Assembly: GCA_012026655.1 (NCBI GenBank)
Contig: JAAILG010000991.1
Coordinates: 1-64,000 of the forward strand
Origin: Hydrolagus affinis
Lineage: Eukaryota
Length of the DNA: 64,000 nucleotides
Reading direction: 5' to 3'
How positions within the stretch are numbered: the stretch's first letter is position 1; the number at the start of each line of letters is the position of its first letter. A model generated the notes under the pieces. The model was not told the origin of the DNA. It searched no databases and was given only the letters and a program-made list of their open reading frames with translations. A program made the translations under genes and the position numbers. Shown piece after piece: positions 50,132 through 62,075 of this stretch.

Positions 50132-52867
50132 TGATTGGACTGATTGGCCTTCAGCAAAACCCTGGAAACAAAAGATCTCCCCATCCTCTCAGTTTAGTTA
50201 ACGATAAGTGGCATGTCAAAACAAGGGATGGGGGAAGCTGAAGAAAATAACCAATGAATAGGAAGGGATAAATAGATTCTCCTCTCCAGTATCAATAAAC
50301 TTGCAGCATTAAGTAGTCCAACTAACTGCATCACAAAATCTGAGTTAACCCAACATATGTGGCAACTACTGTCATACACTTAAAAACAATAGCTCCTGGG
50401 AATGCAGTTACTTAATACAATGGGTTTGATATTAAAGGAGCAGTTTGGTTCAAATACATACGTTACTGTGTAGATAAGTCCCTTCTCAATGTTCCTGGTG
50501 CTGTTTAATCCTCCAGCCTTGTGTTCCTGTGGATCTGTGACTATTGAAGTGACCTAGAAGTAACATGTGCTTTAATGTCACTGGTGGAGGACTGGGTGTT
50601 GGCCTAGAGTGATCAGTCAGCCATGCTGTGAACAGCTGCTGGTAAATGTTCTGAATCCTGGCACTAAGGAGTTATTATCAGTCTACAAGAAGCTCCGATT
50701 TCTTCTAATGAGCTTGGGTCGTGAGTGCAGTCCTCATACCAGTCCAATTCCCAACTGTCAGGGATTGAAACACAACTCGCTGCAATTACAGGAATGGAGC
50801 TTCTGCAAAAAGCCTTCAGACTGGCAAATGTAAGATCTGCATTGTCAATAGATGTGAACGCGTCAAACAAACCCTGTTTGTAGCACTTGATCATATCCTT
50901 CTATCTGCGATGAAGTACAAAATAAATTATTGGTGAGTTTCAGCTAACTCACTGCATTTCTCTGCTTGAGCTCAACTACCTTGGTCCACTATTTCTCATG
51001 TTGTGTGGGAAAAAACATGTATCCTTCATTTCATATCACAAGCAACAACTGCAGAAAGAACCATGGCACTATTCTTGAATAGAAAAGGCTCTTAAATCGT
51101 AAACAAGTGCTGCACTCAAGTTCTGGTTGGCGTTCAGGTGCAGGTGTACAAAAAAAGCTCACGGAACACTGGGGAATAGCTCTGTCATGTGGCACAAATC
51201 GAAGATAATTTTTGAGTTTTGGTCTTTAATTCTTTTCTAATGTCTGGTAGGTATAGATTCTGTTGCGTGTATGAAAAAAAGCTTTCAGTTTCAGTGTTTT
51301 TTTGTTGCAAAAACAGAAGTACAGTAGAGTACTGTATATCAAAACTCATTTTGCATTTGTCCACACTGGAATTACCTTTCTAAAATAAATGAAGCAGAAC
51401 TGGTATTTTTTTTAAATGACTACTAATGTGCTTCCCATTATCAATTTAGTAGTTCTTAAAAGTTCATAGAGACGTTCTTTAGGTAAAAGCGTAGAGAAGA
51501 CAGCTTTATCCACATAAATAAACTTCCAGGTCAAATTGAATGAGGGTAAGGAATTGGGCTCTTAACAGACTCTCAAGATTGGCAATTCAACCATGCAGTA
51601 TATGTACATGTGTTTCTTTGAACCTTCTAAAGTCTGACTAAAGATACTGCCAAGTTATTTCCTATAGTTTGAACCTGCATTTGTTTCTCACACAAAGGGG
51701 CTGTAATAAGTTATCGTTTCCAACACTTAGCACAGTTTATGCATCAAGCATAAATTTCAGAATAGTAAGCAAACAAACGCTTCAAAAATAAAACAGGAGA
51801 CTTGGGCTGTATAGTAAATTACTGCATTATACAGTCTTACCAGGAATGAAGTTTTTATTGGTGAGGGTAGACCACAGCGACTTTGGCTGTTTTTCCAAGT
51901 ACAGAGGAACTTGAGAGCAATCTAATCTATACCAAGGAGTCAGAGCAAGATTCCACATAAGCGAAGGGTAAATGAAGAATTTGTGGCTGAGATATTACTA
52001 CACTATGGATTGGCTGAGTTCTTTCATTTGTCAGCTGTTTAGTGCAGAAGGATTTTAACGTGTATAAATAAAACCAAATCAAACATGCGCACTGTTTTAG
52101 CACAGGCTATGGAGTAGCTACGTTTAGATAATGACATCTCAGCACAAAATATTCACACTATTAAATTGCTAGTAAACTCTCTCGGAAATATCATCCTTTA
52201 TATGATTTTAAAAAAAATGTGAAACCACAATGCAACTCCAAATCTCCTTTACAACAACAACAACTTACAAAGCACCCTTCACTCCAGAAGGCATCTCGGA
52301 GCACTTGTTCCCTAATGTTATTCCCTTTACTCCATAATGAAACGAGCAATTTCTTTTACATTTCTCAAGATCTGTCTTTCTCTTCTGCTTTAAAGAACAT
52401 ATAGGCTGCATTGTGATTTTAGTTTCTCAAAATGATAACGACAAACATCCGGAAGTAGTTTACAATAAATTTTATTTCAAAACAAATTGTTTAAGTGACC
52501 TGAACTTAAAAAGTTCCTACTCTGAAATGGTTAAGAGTTAGGCAAGATCACAGTATATTGTCCATTGCTACCTGCTGTTTTAGATAATTGCAAGCTTTGC
52601 TTTGAGGGAGACATTTACTGGGGTTTTTTGCGCCATGTAACCACGCAGTGAATTTTAGAAGTAATTTGTTCAAACTGTCAGGTGTGAAGGTGAGAGATTG
52701 GAAATGGACTGAAATAGGATTACTCTAGTTGCTTGAAAACCACAAGCAATCCTGGATTGATATTTTCCGCCATTTATAGATGCCTAGGGGCAAAAATGAT
52801 ACTTTAAGGATATCGTCAAAACAAAAGTCATTGTATTCAAATAATAACACAATTAACACATAATATA

Positions 52868-53030
52868 ACAACAACAACAAAATTACACTTGTATAGCGCC
52901 TTTCATGTCAGGAGGACTTCTCAAGGAGCTGGAGGGAAGTGGGGGATTAGGAGTTGCCGATGGGACCATCGAAGAGGAGAGTTTTGAGGCGGGACTTGAA
53001 GGAGGCCAGAGAAGGGGTGAGGCGGAGGGA
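52868..53030 (-). mobile_element. L2 LINE 3' end
   Basis: Minus frame SLRLTPSLASFKSRLKTLLFD is typical of the L2 ORF2 C-terminus; followed by a stem-loop and (TTG)n tail. Confidence 0.75.
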
Positions 53031-54412
53031 CTGTGGGATAACTTAGGAACACTAAACCATCTGATATGCCCAAACATTTGGATTAACATGCTTTCTTTGG
53101 CACAGAAAAATACTTTCTCTTTCTATCACTGAGGTCGTGACTCGGAAGGTGCAATGAATTAAGGAGCTGTGGCAGACGCAATTCATAACAGAGCATAATA
53201 TCCATTAGAGCTGATAATGTAAACAGCACACTCCAATGACTATCATCTACTCCCAGGTGGGATGCAAGGAATTCTCAGCTACGTTTGGATACTCTAAACT
53301 TAAGTATGGTGATAGGTTTCCACATTTGTCAGACACCCTGCTGACCAATAAAATACTGCTGAGGTCCTTCAATATACTTCAATACATAATGCACTAAAAC
53401 TGCCACTCTTTCTTCATCACAGTGAGCACAGTGAGCACAGCCAAAACAGAAAACATGTTCTTTTAATATATTCTTCTGTCATTTTATTTTAGGAAGACTA
53501 TATATAGTAAGAGAATATTGCCTTTAGTTATTTTACTTATCGTACAAAATAACCCCTCCCTGTTGAGTTGAATGCCAGATGATATTCCAAACAATATAGG
53601 CATAACTTTACACCACAGCGCAAGTAAAATTATATTTTATTATTAGAATAATAATAGGTGAGAGACGTACCCATCATTTAGAATAGAAAACTGATGCAGC
53701 AATACAACTATATACAGAGCAACTATAACCAAAATAGATTGCTACACACCAACTATGTTTTCTACCAACCAAATGCATTCAAAATTACTGTATGGATGAA
53801 ATTAATTGTAAAATGATAAATCTTGAAAAGAGTGTGCCTGGAAATGTGCTAAAAGGTACAAATTAACATATTCTTCACTGGGACACAGTAGGCACTCATG
53901 AGATGATCTATGCGCAAAGTCCTAGGAATAACCTTCAACTGCATCATAGTGCTGGCACAGTCACAGAAATACCAACATTTCTCAATACAGTTACTGTCAG
54001 CCACCAGAAATGGAAAATCACATTAGAACCTCCTAAATCACAAATCCACACCAAAACACACTCAAAGCAATTTATGCTTCTTTTGCTGCAAGAACAAATA
54101 TGAATACATCAAAGGAATCCAGATTTCAAATTTAAATATGGATTTTATGTAATAATATAATATATTCATATAAGGTCTGCCATAAATCATATGTCCAGAA
54201 AGGCCACCTTTGGCATCTGGCACACTTTTAAACATTTTAAGTGTTGATTTTGAGGAACCTGCTGAAAGTAGTCCTTCTACATTAAGCATTAAAATGTTTT
54301 GACAACATTAATGTAAATTGTAAACCAATACAAATCAATGTTTTACAGGCATTTTTTTCTCGAGTCAGTATGAGTATAGAATACGCTAATTGAAAACTGA
54401 GAAGAATTGAAA

Positions 54413-54444
54413 ACCTAATCCTAACCCTAACCTAACCCTAACCC
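54413..54444. repeat. Short degenerate (CCCTAA)n array
   Basis: cctaatcctaaccctaacctaaccctaaccc. Confidence 0.8.
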
Positions 54445-56569
54445 AAGCAGCAGATGTATTCTTTGTATTACGTTTTTTTAAAAAATATGATTTTACTATA
54501 GTGGAAACCTTATTGTTACCAAGAAGAAAGGGGAACAGGTGATAATTATGTACCTTAAAACAATGCAATATAGATAGTCCGTATTTGCGAATCAGTATTT
54601 TGCCATTTATTAATTCAAAGGCTGAGAAAACAGAAATGGTAATTGGGTTAGTGAACTTGGATTAAATGAGGAGCATGAAGCATCAATGACACAAGAGGAA
54701 CCAAAAACAATGACAGTTTACTGGGTAACGAGTATTAAATCAGAGGTCTGTAGAAGCTGTGATTGTTGCAAAAAGCATCAATGCATTCAAAAGAAAGCTT
54801 GCTACATACATGAGAGTGAAGGAAGTCGAGGGAAGTGGAAGGGGTAGAAGCCCATTTGGCAAAAATCACTGGCATCGACAATTTGGGCCAAATGATATTT
54901 TTTGGGGGTTGAATATCTGCAGTTGAAACAATATCAATAATGTGCATTAAGATAACTGTATATATATGAAAGTGGTATGAAATATATTTGCGGACTATAC
55001 AATGATCAAAATATTGAATAATAAGTAACTCCACTTATTTATTGGCCACTGACTAATCTCCCATTTTCCTGACTTTTGGAGATGATCAAATTCCCACTCC
55101 TGACTGCAACAGACTCTCTAATCATGTCATAAGTGTGAATCTTAGAAAATTCTACAAAAATTAAATGAAAGACACTGGCCAACAAACAATGAAACATCAA
55201 GCTCGTAATGTAATTGAGAATTAAGGGTTCTAATCTTACTGTCTTAACGTAAACTAAATGCAAGACTGCAGAGTTTGAAGCCATATCCAATACCTGTTTC
55301 ATAATGCAACATTCAGCCTGTTTGATGATCTGAGATTGTCCGACAACCTGTGATAAACACTGTTGCATATATCAAAAAAAACTCTTACACATGCCACGAA
55401 TTATGATTTTTAATGGTAGATGCTTCTTTTGATGTCATAAGTTTTAATCAAGTGGTGAAGTACTTCAAAGGATGTTGGATTATTTCAAGGGTATCAGACT
55501 GGAAAACAGGATCTCTCACTACTATTGGCCATTTTGAATAGAGATGTGAAATGGATTCCCAATAATTTTAAGTCAAATTACTTGACATGTTAAAAGATCA
55601 GCAGTTTTCAGAAGTGATGTTTCAATCCATGAGACATGTATAACATCAATTAAAGTATCCTGAGGTGAACTGCTGGAACTCCTGCATAAACTTAACTTGC
55701 AACAAATGAATCTCTTGACATTTCATCAGCTTATAGAATACAATATTTCAGTGCAAAATGTAATTAAATAAAACACACAATGAAACAAAAGTTGTGCTTT
55801 ATGATTTTAACATTTTAGGTTCAATTGATGCAATCCAATTGCAAGCATCCATTCCCTGCCACAGTCAATCACAGTCAATCACGACACTTGTCACTTGAAA
55901 AATAAATGGCCCCAAATGAAATAATACGAACAAAACTGGTAGCAATTGCCATGACAGATATCAAAGGACAGCAATCTCCTGCCGAGGGTTTACAGTTTCA
56001 GTTGTTGTGATACTGTATAGGGTGGTTTGAATTGCAAATGCAATTTGGATTTTTAAAAATCATTGCCTGATACAGGGAGAACATAATTTCCCTATGTACT
56101 ATTACATATATATCATGTTGTCAATGTTGGACACATTGTGACCACTTTGTGGTTCCTGATGCACTAAAAGTAATATTATTTCTTTGGATTAGAATATCAG
56201 AAACCAATTAATTCAAGTACAGTATTAGTACATTTATTCCAATTTATTTATGTGCGTTTTTGTGCAGATTGCTCAAATTATATTCAGTTCACCACTAGTT
56301 TCTACACTTTTAGAATGCCACATTATGATACTCATAGAAAACTATCTATGAAAGGGGTTATCTCTGGTGTAGTTGCATTATGCAAAGATATTCATTATAC
56401 GATATTCATTGTACAGGCTCACTTCTGTAATTACCAAACCAAAGTGCCTTGGGACGTCCTCTCGACGTGAAACGAGCTTTAAATATGTAATTTTGTTATT
56501 ATTGTTATCTGTGGAATGCAACAATTAGGACAGAATAGTGGTGCAAAGATATTGTTTGCTTGCTTGGAT

Positions 56570-56797
56570 TTTGTCCCTTCGCCATGCTCCCTCCCTTGCC
56601 TTCTTCAAGGCATGACTCAAGACCCTCAATTTCTACCGTGCCTTCAGTCGCCCTCCTACGTCTCTGCCCCCCCTTCATCCCAACCCTGCCCTCTGCCCTC
56701 CCATGCTCAGGTCCTGATTCCTGACTTTTCAGCACCTGGGATGGCCTTCCCAATGTGAAAGGTGTGATACAAATATCATTCTGTTGTTGTTGTTGTC
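56570..56797 (+). mobile_element. L2 LINE 3' end (others near 43380-43562 +, 45810-45995 -, 33170-33585 -, 35800-36175 -)
   Basis: ccttcttcaaggcatgactcaagaccctc.. followed by gtgaaaggtg.. and (TTG)n. Confidence 0.65.
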
Positions 56798-57295
56798 GTG
56801 TGGAGGAATTTTGGAGCATTCCCTTGTATAAAGCATTACCTGTAATTGCTCACTTCCCTGGTTAATGAATTAAATTGTTCAGTCTTTCAGATTTCAATTT
56901 GTATAGATTGTATTTACAAGCAGACTTGATGGACCGAATGTTTTTTTCTGCACCGTATTTTTTTCAATGTTAATTCTAGACGTGAAGCAAAATAAGACTG
57001 AATTTGCAGAGTTTGGAATAATTGAAAAATGATCCTGAATATACATTTTAAACAAAGATAATTGAAGTCTTTACTTGGTCAAAGTAATGTGTATTTCTTA
57101 AAATAAACTGCAAGTAAATGCCTCATCTGTTACTGTCATGTGTTTCAATCCTATAAATTCAAATCACAATAGCTGCAGCTGCTGTCAAACTCAAAATGAC
57201 AAAGAAAGGTGAAGGCAACACAATGTACTTACCTAAAGAATACAGCTTGTCAGTACAGTATTAGAAAATATACGGGCAGAATGATTACTACCATG

Positions 57296-57615
57296 GGAGT
57301 CCTGTAGCTCAATGGTTTGAGCAATCACCTCCCAAGTGGGAGACCTGGGTTCGATTCCAAGCAGGGCAAAACCTTAGGCAAGTTTCCTTAGTCCACATGC
57401 CTGATAATAACCCTCAACAAAAAAACTATACTCAATGGGTCACTTCAATCCACAACTGTTTGTTAGACACTGCTGTGTGCAATTGACTGCTGCACTTCAT
57501 CCACAAATATACAGTCAATTCACTTGACAGAATATTCGGTGAAGCGCTTTGAGACGTCTAGAAGACGCGAAAAGCGCTATATCAAATGCAAGCATTATTG
57601 TTATTATTATTATTA
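57296..57615 (+). mobile_element. Full-length SINE, same family
   Basis: ggagtcctgtagctcaatgg..ggttcgattcc..(TAT)n. Confidence 0.88.
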
Positions 57616-57814
57616 CCACAAAGTATGACTCAGCAAGAATCTAAAAGTTGTCAAAAAGTAGCTGTATTCTTTCCGTGTATCGCCCTAATCCTCTCTGTAC
57701 TTTTATTGGGCAGTAGAATGAGATTGGTTTGATTTTCCTAATAAAAATTTTTTCATTTTTTTCTAAAAATGTCGTAAAATTAAATTACATGGACTAAATG
57801 TTTATATTTCACAT

Positions 57815-58135
57815 ATGTCATTGAAACATTCCAAAGCACTTCAATATACTGTAAAGTGCAGTATCTGTGTATGGCCGACACAGAGCAATGTCCTACAGAC
57901 AGCCATGAAATGAATGGCCAGTTTTACCTAGTCCTAGAGCATCGTTGGGCAGGAAACTGGGAGAAACTCCCTTTACTTTTTAAATAGTGCCATAGGATCT
58001 GAACAGCAGAGGCGACCTCATGTTAAAATCTAATCCGAAGAACAATACTTCTGTCAATTCAATGTTCCCTCCCAGTATTGCTGTGGAGTGCTTCAGCCTA
58101 AACTGCGGGTTCAAAGATTTACCAAGTGGGATGTT
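57815..58135 (-). mobile_element. Old SacSINE1/DeuSINE-like remnant (another on + near 25245-25370)
   Basis: gagaaactccc..aaatagtgccataggatct..tccgaag..ccctcccagtattgctgtggagtg..cagccta resembles the shark Deu-SINE body as I recall it. Confidence 0.6.
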
Positions 58136-58619
58136 AGGACATTTACCAGTACATTATTCTGAGTTCCCCTTCCCCCAACTTCAACATCACTAAAAGCTGT
58201 CCTATGTGATAAGAGGGGAGCTCCACAATTTCATCTCGATAAGAAAACTGAAGGGATGATACCCGCCAATTTGCTGCTATGGCGATAATTTCAATTTACA
58301 CAAAATGTGTCCGCGAATAAATGTTTTAATAACTAACTTCAGGTGAGAATTTAGAAACAAATCAAACAGAAAATATTTTGGAAGTATTTTTGCACTTTGA
58401 AAAAAAACATAGCAGTTTAGTTTTTAAACGTTCGTTCCACAATATTAACATTTGATAGTTTTTTAAGGGTATTGCAAAACTATATACAATAATACAAGAT
58501 ACAACTACATCACAAATATACAACTTTTTAAAATTCTCTACCCTCTCTCCAAAACAAACACTCTCCCCAAACCCTCTACTACTGAAGACACCAACTGGTG
58601 CTGAGATATGGTTTCACAG

Positions 58620-59093
58620 GCATCCAGAAGATTCCTGCGCCTGGCCCAAGTTGTCATGAATGCCATTCATGTGTTTCACTCACAAAATACGCAGTATATT
58701 CTGTGAAGCGCTTGGAGATGTCTTGACGACGTGAAAAGAGCTATATCAAATGCAAGGATTGTTATTATTATTAGACCATTTAGCGACTGTTGGCAGGCTG
58801 TGCAATTGTTGGAGAGAGGTGGGGGTGGGGGGGGGGAATATCACAGTCAAGCCTGTTCCTGTGACCTGATGTTCCCACATGTAGTTTGCAGCTTAGTTAT
58901 AGGTTAGCAAATTTGAGCAGTAACCTTAATGAATATTCCCCCTTCATTTTAACTGGGGAGAGGTGAGATTGAGATATTTTGTGGCAACACTACCACTCCC
59001 TGATCAGTTAACCTGATCCAACCAAAGACCTTTTTCTGTATAGCTGCTTAACACTGAGCAGAGAAATTACCTACCGAGTTAACCGGGGAGCCC
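58620..59093 (-). mobile_element. Old degenerate tRNA-SINE remnant, interrupted by a younger SINE tail at 58680-58772
   Basis: Minus strand begins gggctccccggttaactcggtaggtaa.. and includes ggcttgactgtgat..cagcctgccaaca, like a common shark SINE I recall; family name uncertain. Confidence 0.45.
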
Positions 59094-60698
59094 TTTTCAA
59101 AAACATACATACTAATAGCTGGAGAAAATAAACCACTTTTACTTCCCACACTTCAATCTTGTACTTGTTCGCATCTAGTATAACTGACAAACTTGCGACA
59201 ATTCCAGCAAGGGCACAGCATGTTATTACGAGCATGCCTTAGTTTAGGAGAACCATTTTTCACTCTTTGGACTATGAATTCCACTTTTACCTCTCGGAAA
59301 GTGGCGGAATAATAAAATCTTACTCAGCAGCAAATGAGACAGTTTTATGCTCTGCTGAAGTTGACACTAAAAATAAAATGGAAGATTTGTGGCTCAGCTA
59401 CCCAAGGTCTAAACGAAAGACTGAAATGAAGAACGGTCAAGTGAACTATTGGTAATTTGTCTGGTATTTTAACAAATAGAGGCTAAATTATAAACTTCTG
59501 ATATTTAGCAAAACCGTGTTCTCAAATGCATTTCCAATTTTGACATATTAAACAGACATATTTTTATTATGATAGGATTTCCAGTCTATAGGAGTTATTG
59601 AGTCAATCAACCTTTATATGGTAATTTGTTTCGTTCATCTGAGCCCTTCAAAGAAGAAAGAACTGGAAGACTTTTTTTTAAAAAAAGGTATTTTCCTCTC
59701 CAAACTGTTGTAAAATCACCTACAATGTGGTTTAACGTGATTTCTATGCTACACTGAGCAAAGCAATTGTGTTTTCTAGCAAACGTTTTTCTTCACAAGT
59801 ACAGGTACTGTGTAATAAATTGAAATGTAGACTGCTTGTTTTAAAGTTAGTTTTTATAAATGATTAAAAGATTACTAAACCAACACACATTTCACTAAAC
59901 ATCAATCGCATCTTCATTTCCAAAGTAAAACTTTAAAAAACTGAGGCACAGACTTTGAAATGCTAGTTTGACTTGGCATGTGACCTTCAAGTCACCTTAT
60001 GTAGAATGAACTCACTTTAGTGTATTGTGTTAATCAGAAATCACACATGCCATTTCAAACCAAGTTTGGTGACAGCAAAATGAGGTCACCCCTGAGACAG
60101 GCAGTCACTCTGATATTTTGAGAAACAACTTCATTCCAGCATCTGAAATATTCTCCAAAGTAAATCTCTGTCAACGTGTGCTGGTGGCTCAATTTAGCTG
60201 CATGGGATTATTGTTCTCTGAGAGACCAGTGAGCCACACTCCTGTTCCACATTCCAGTGACCTGTTACTTTACAATTGCCATGTTCTCTTGACAATCAGT
60301 GACTTCAAAATAAAAGGACGTAAAATACTTGGTTCTGTTCAAAATTTATGGAAATCAAGTCTGGACAGGGCTGGATTTATTTAGCCAAGGAACAAGTTAC
60401 CAATCGATTTTCTTAAGGGGATGGGGGAAAGAGGAGGAAGAGACTGAACTAAAAATCATATAAGTAAATAAACTAGCGATTGACATTTGTTTGCAAATTA
60501 ACTAGCAATTGTTTTCTTCCCAGCCCGTGAAATTGATCGGCATATATACATTTGTATGTATGTATTTCTAAGGGGGTAAGAGAAGATCTTTTAAAGAACA
60601 GACACCAGAGAGAGTTTCTAACATTTTATATTCCAGGCATATCGACGCCCACTTGTGTATGATTTAACAGGACAAATGGCAAACATCAAACCTATTAA

Positions 60699-60735
<37 letters not shown>
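60699..60735. repeat. Compound (TC)n(TA)n microsatellite
   Basis: Seen directly. Confidence 0.95.
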
Positions 60736-60736
<1 letters not shown>

Positions 60737-61102
60737 AAGCTGTCCTCACTTTTACAAAGAATTATAGGAGGGACACGGCATTTTAATAACATTTATTTAC
60801 AATTCAAAAGAAATGGCAATTTCGCAAGCACGTTATTCTGATCTGGCAAATTAAACGCTCCTGCTTGGTTAACATTCTCTCTCTAACATTCTCTCTCTGC
60901 AAGGCTGTTAATGAAACGTGCTCGTTGCAAACAATGATGAAACTCCTATTTAAAAACACAGAAAGTGTGTGCTATATATATATCTATATATAATTTTTCT
61001 AAAAAAACACAGAAAAATATATCTTTCTTAACATCCCCTGGAACTGGCTGTCAATGTACCAGCAAAAACAAAGGAGGAAATAAAAGAAAACTCTCTCTAT
61101 TT

Positions 61103-61165
61103 ATCTGTTTGTCTGTCTGTGTTTGTGTCTGTGTGTGTCTCTCTCTCTCACACACACACACACAT
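61103..61165. repeat. Compound (TCTG)/(TG)/(TC)/(CA) microsatellite
   Basis: Seen directly, just inside intron 1. Confidence 0.9.
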
Positions 61166-61256
61166 ATATTCAATGGAAATAGAGTAGTCTTGAAACAGAT
61201 ATGAAAATGCAATGCAGGTAAAGGAGTTTGGACACAGCTGACACACTCACACTTAC

Positions 61257-61400
61257 CTCCTGAGTCCCGGGATGAGTGAGTGAGTGAGTGAGACTCGTTG
61301 TCCCTGGGCTGAAATGCTTGAGCAGCCAGACAGTCAGCCAGTCAGTCAGTCACTCTCTGAGAATTTTAACCAACCTCAGTCACCTCCCAATGTCAACCAG
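61257..61400 (-). other. SPTB: Putative non-coding exon 1 (5' end approximate)
   Basis: Perfect donor GAG|GTAAGT at 61257/61256; no ATG on the minus strand; lies directly below a promoter-like cluster; exon 2 has an acceptor and needs an upstream exon. Confidence 0.6.
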
Positions 61401-61520
61401 CTGCTCTGCCCAGCACCAGGCAAGTGCGCCCCCCCCCTCCGCCGCTGATACACACCATTGGCGTTGACATACGCTGTCTCTCAGCTGTTAGCTCAACAAC
61501 CTCGCCTGAGTCAGCTCTGT
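61395..61520 (-). promoter_or_regulatory. Candidate TATA-less promoter
   Basis: GC-box-like C-tract about 61427-61445, CCAAT (minus, 61457-61461), TGATA 61446-61450, E-boxes CAGCTG at 61398 and 61482, AP-1/NF-E2-like TGAGTCAGC 61507-61515; locally CpG-enriched. Confidence 0.55.
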
Positions 61521-61758
61521 CAAACAACAGAGGCAAAAAAAACCGATGGCATCTCCCACATGTGATGGTGGTGGGGAGGAGCACTGCAGAATGCTCAATT
61601 GCCTCTCAGTGGGTTTTCGAAGCCCAGACATGATCAGAGGGTAATAATAATAATACTAATGATCCTTGCATTTGATATCGCGTCTTATTATGTCAATGGG
61701 ACGTCTCTCAAAGCGCTTCGCAGAATATACTGTGAAGTGAATTCGCTATGTTTTGCGT

Positions 61759-62075
61759 GGAGTTCCGCAGCTCAGTGGTTAAAGCACTCGCCTTACAAGC
61801 GAGAGACTTGGGATCAATCCCAGGGAGGGTGAAACCTTGGGCAAGTCTCTCTTACCCCACAGGCCTGATAATAATTGCTCCCACCCCCCACCCCCAAAAA
61901 ATGGTCATTTCAATCCACAACTATTTGTGGGACACCGCTGTGCGCAATTGGCCGCCGCTGCATTTTAGGCACATATATACAGTCAATTCACTTTACAGTA
62001 TATTCTGTGAAGTGCTTGAGAAGTCTAGAAGACGTGAAAAGTGCTATATCAAATGCAAGGATTATTATTATTATT
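61759..62075 (+). mobile_element. Full-length SINE nested inside an opposite-strand SINE fragment (61641-61758 plus 62076-62160)
   Basis: The two flanks read contiguously as the minus-strand tail and core of the same family. Confidence 0.8.
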
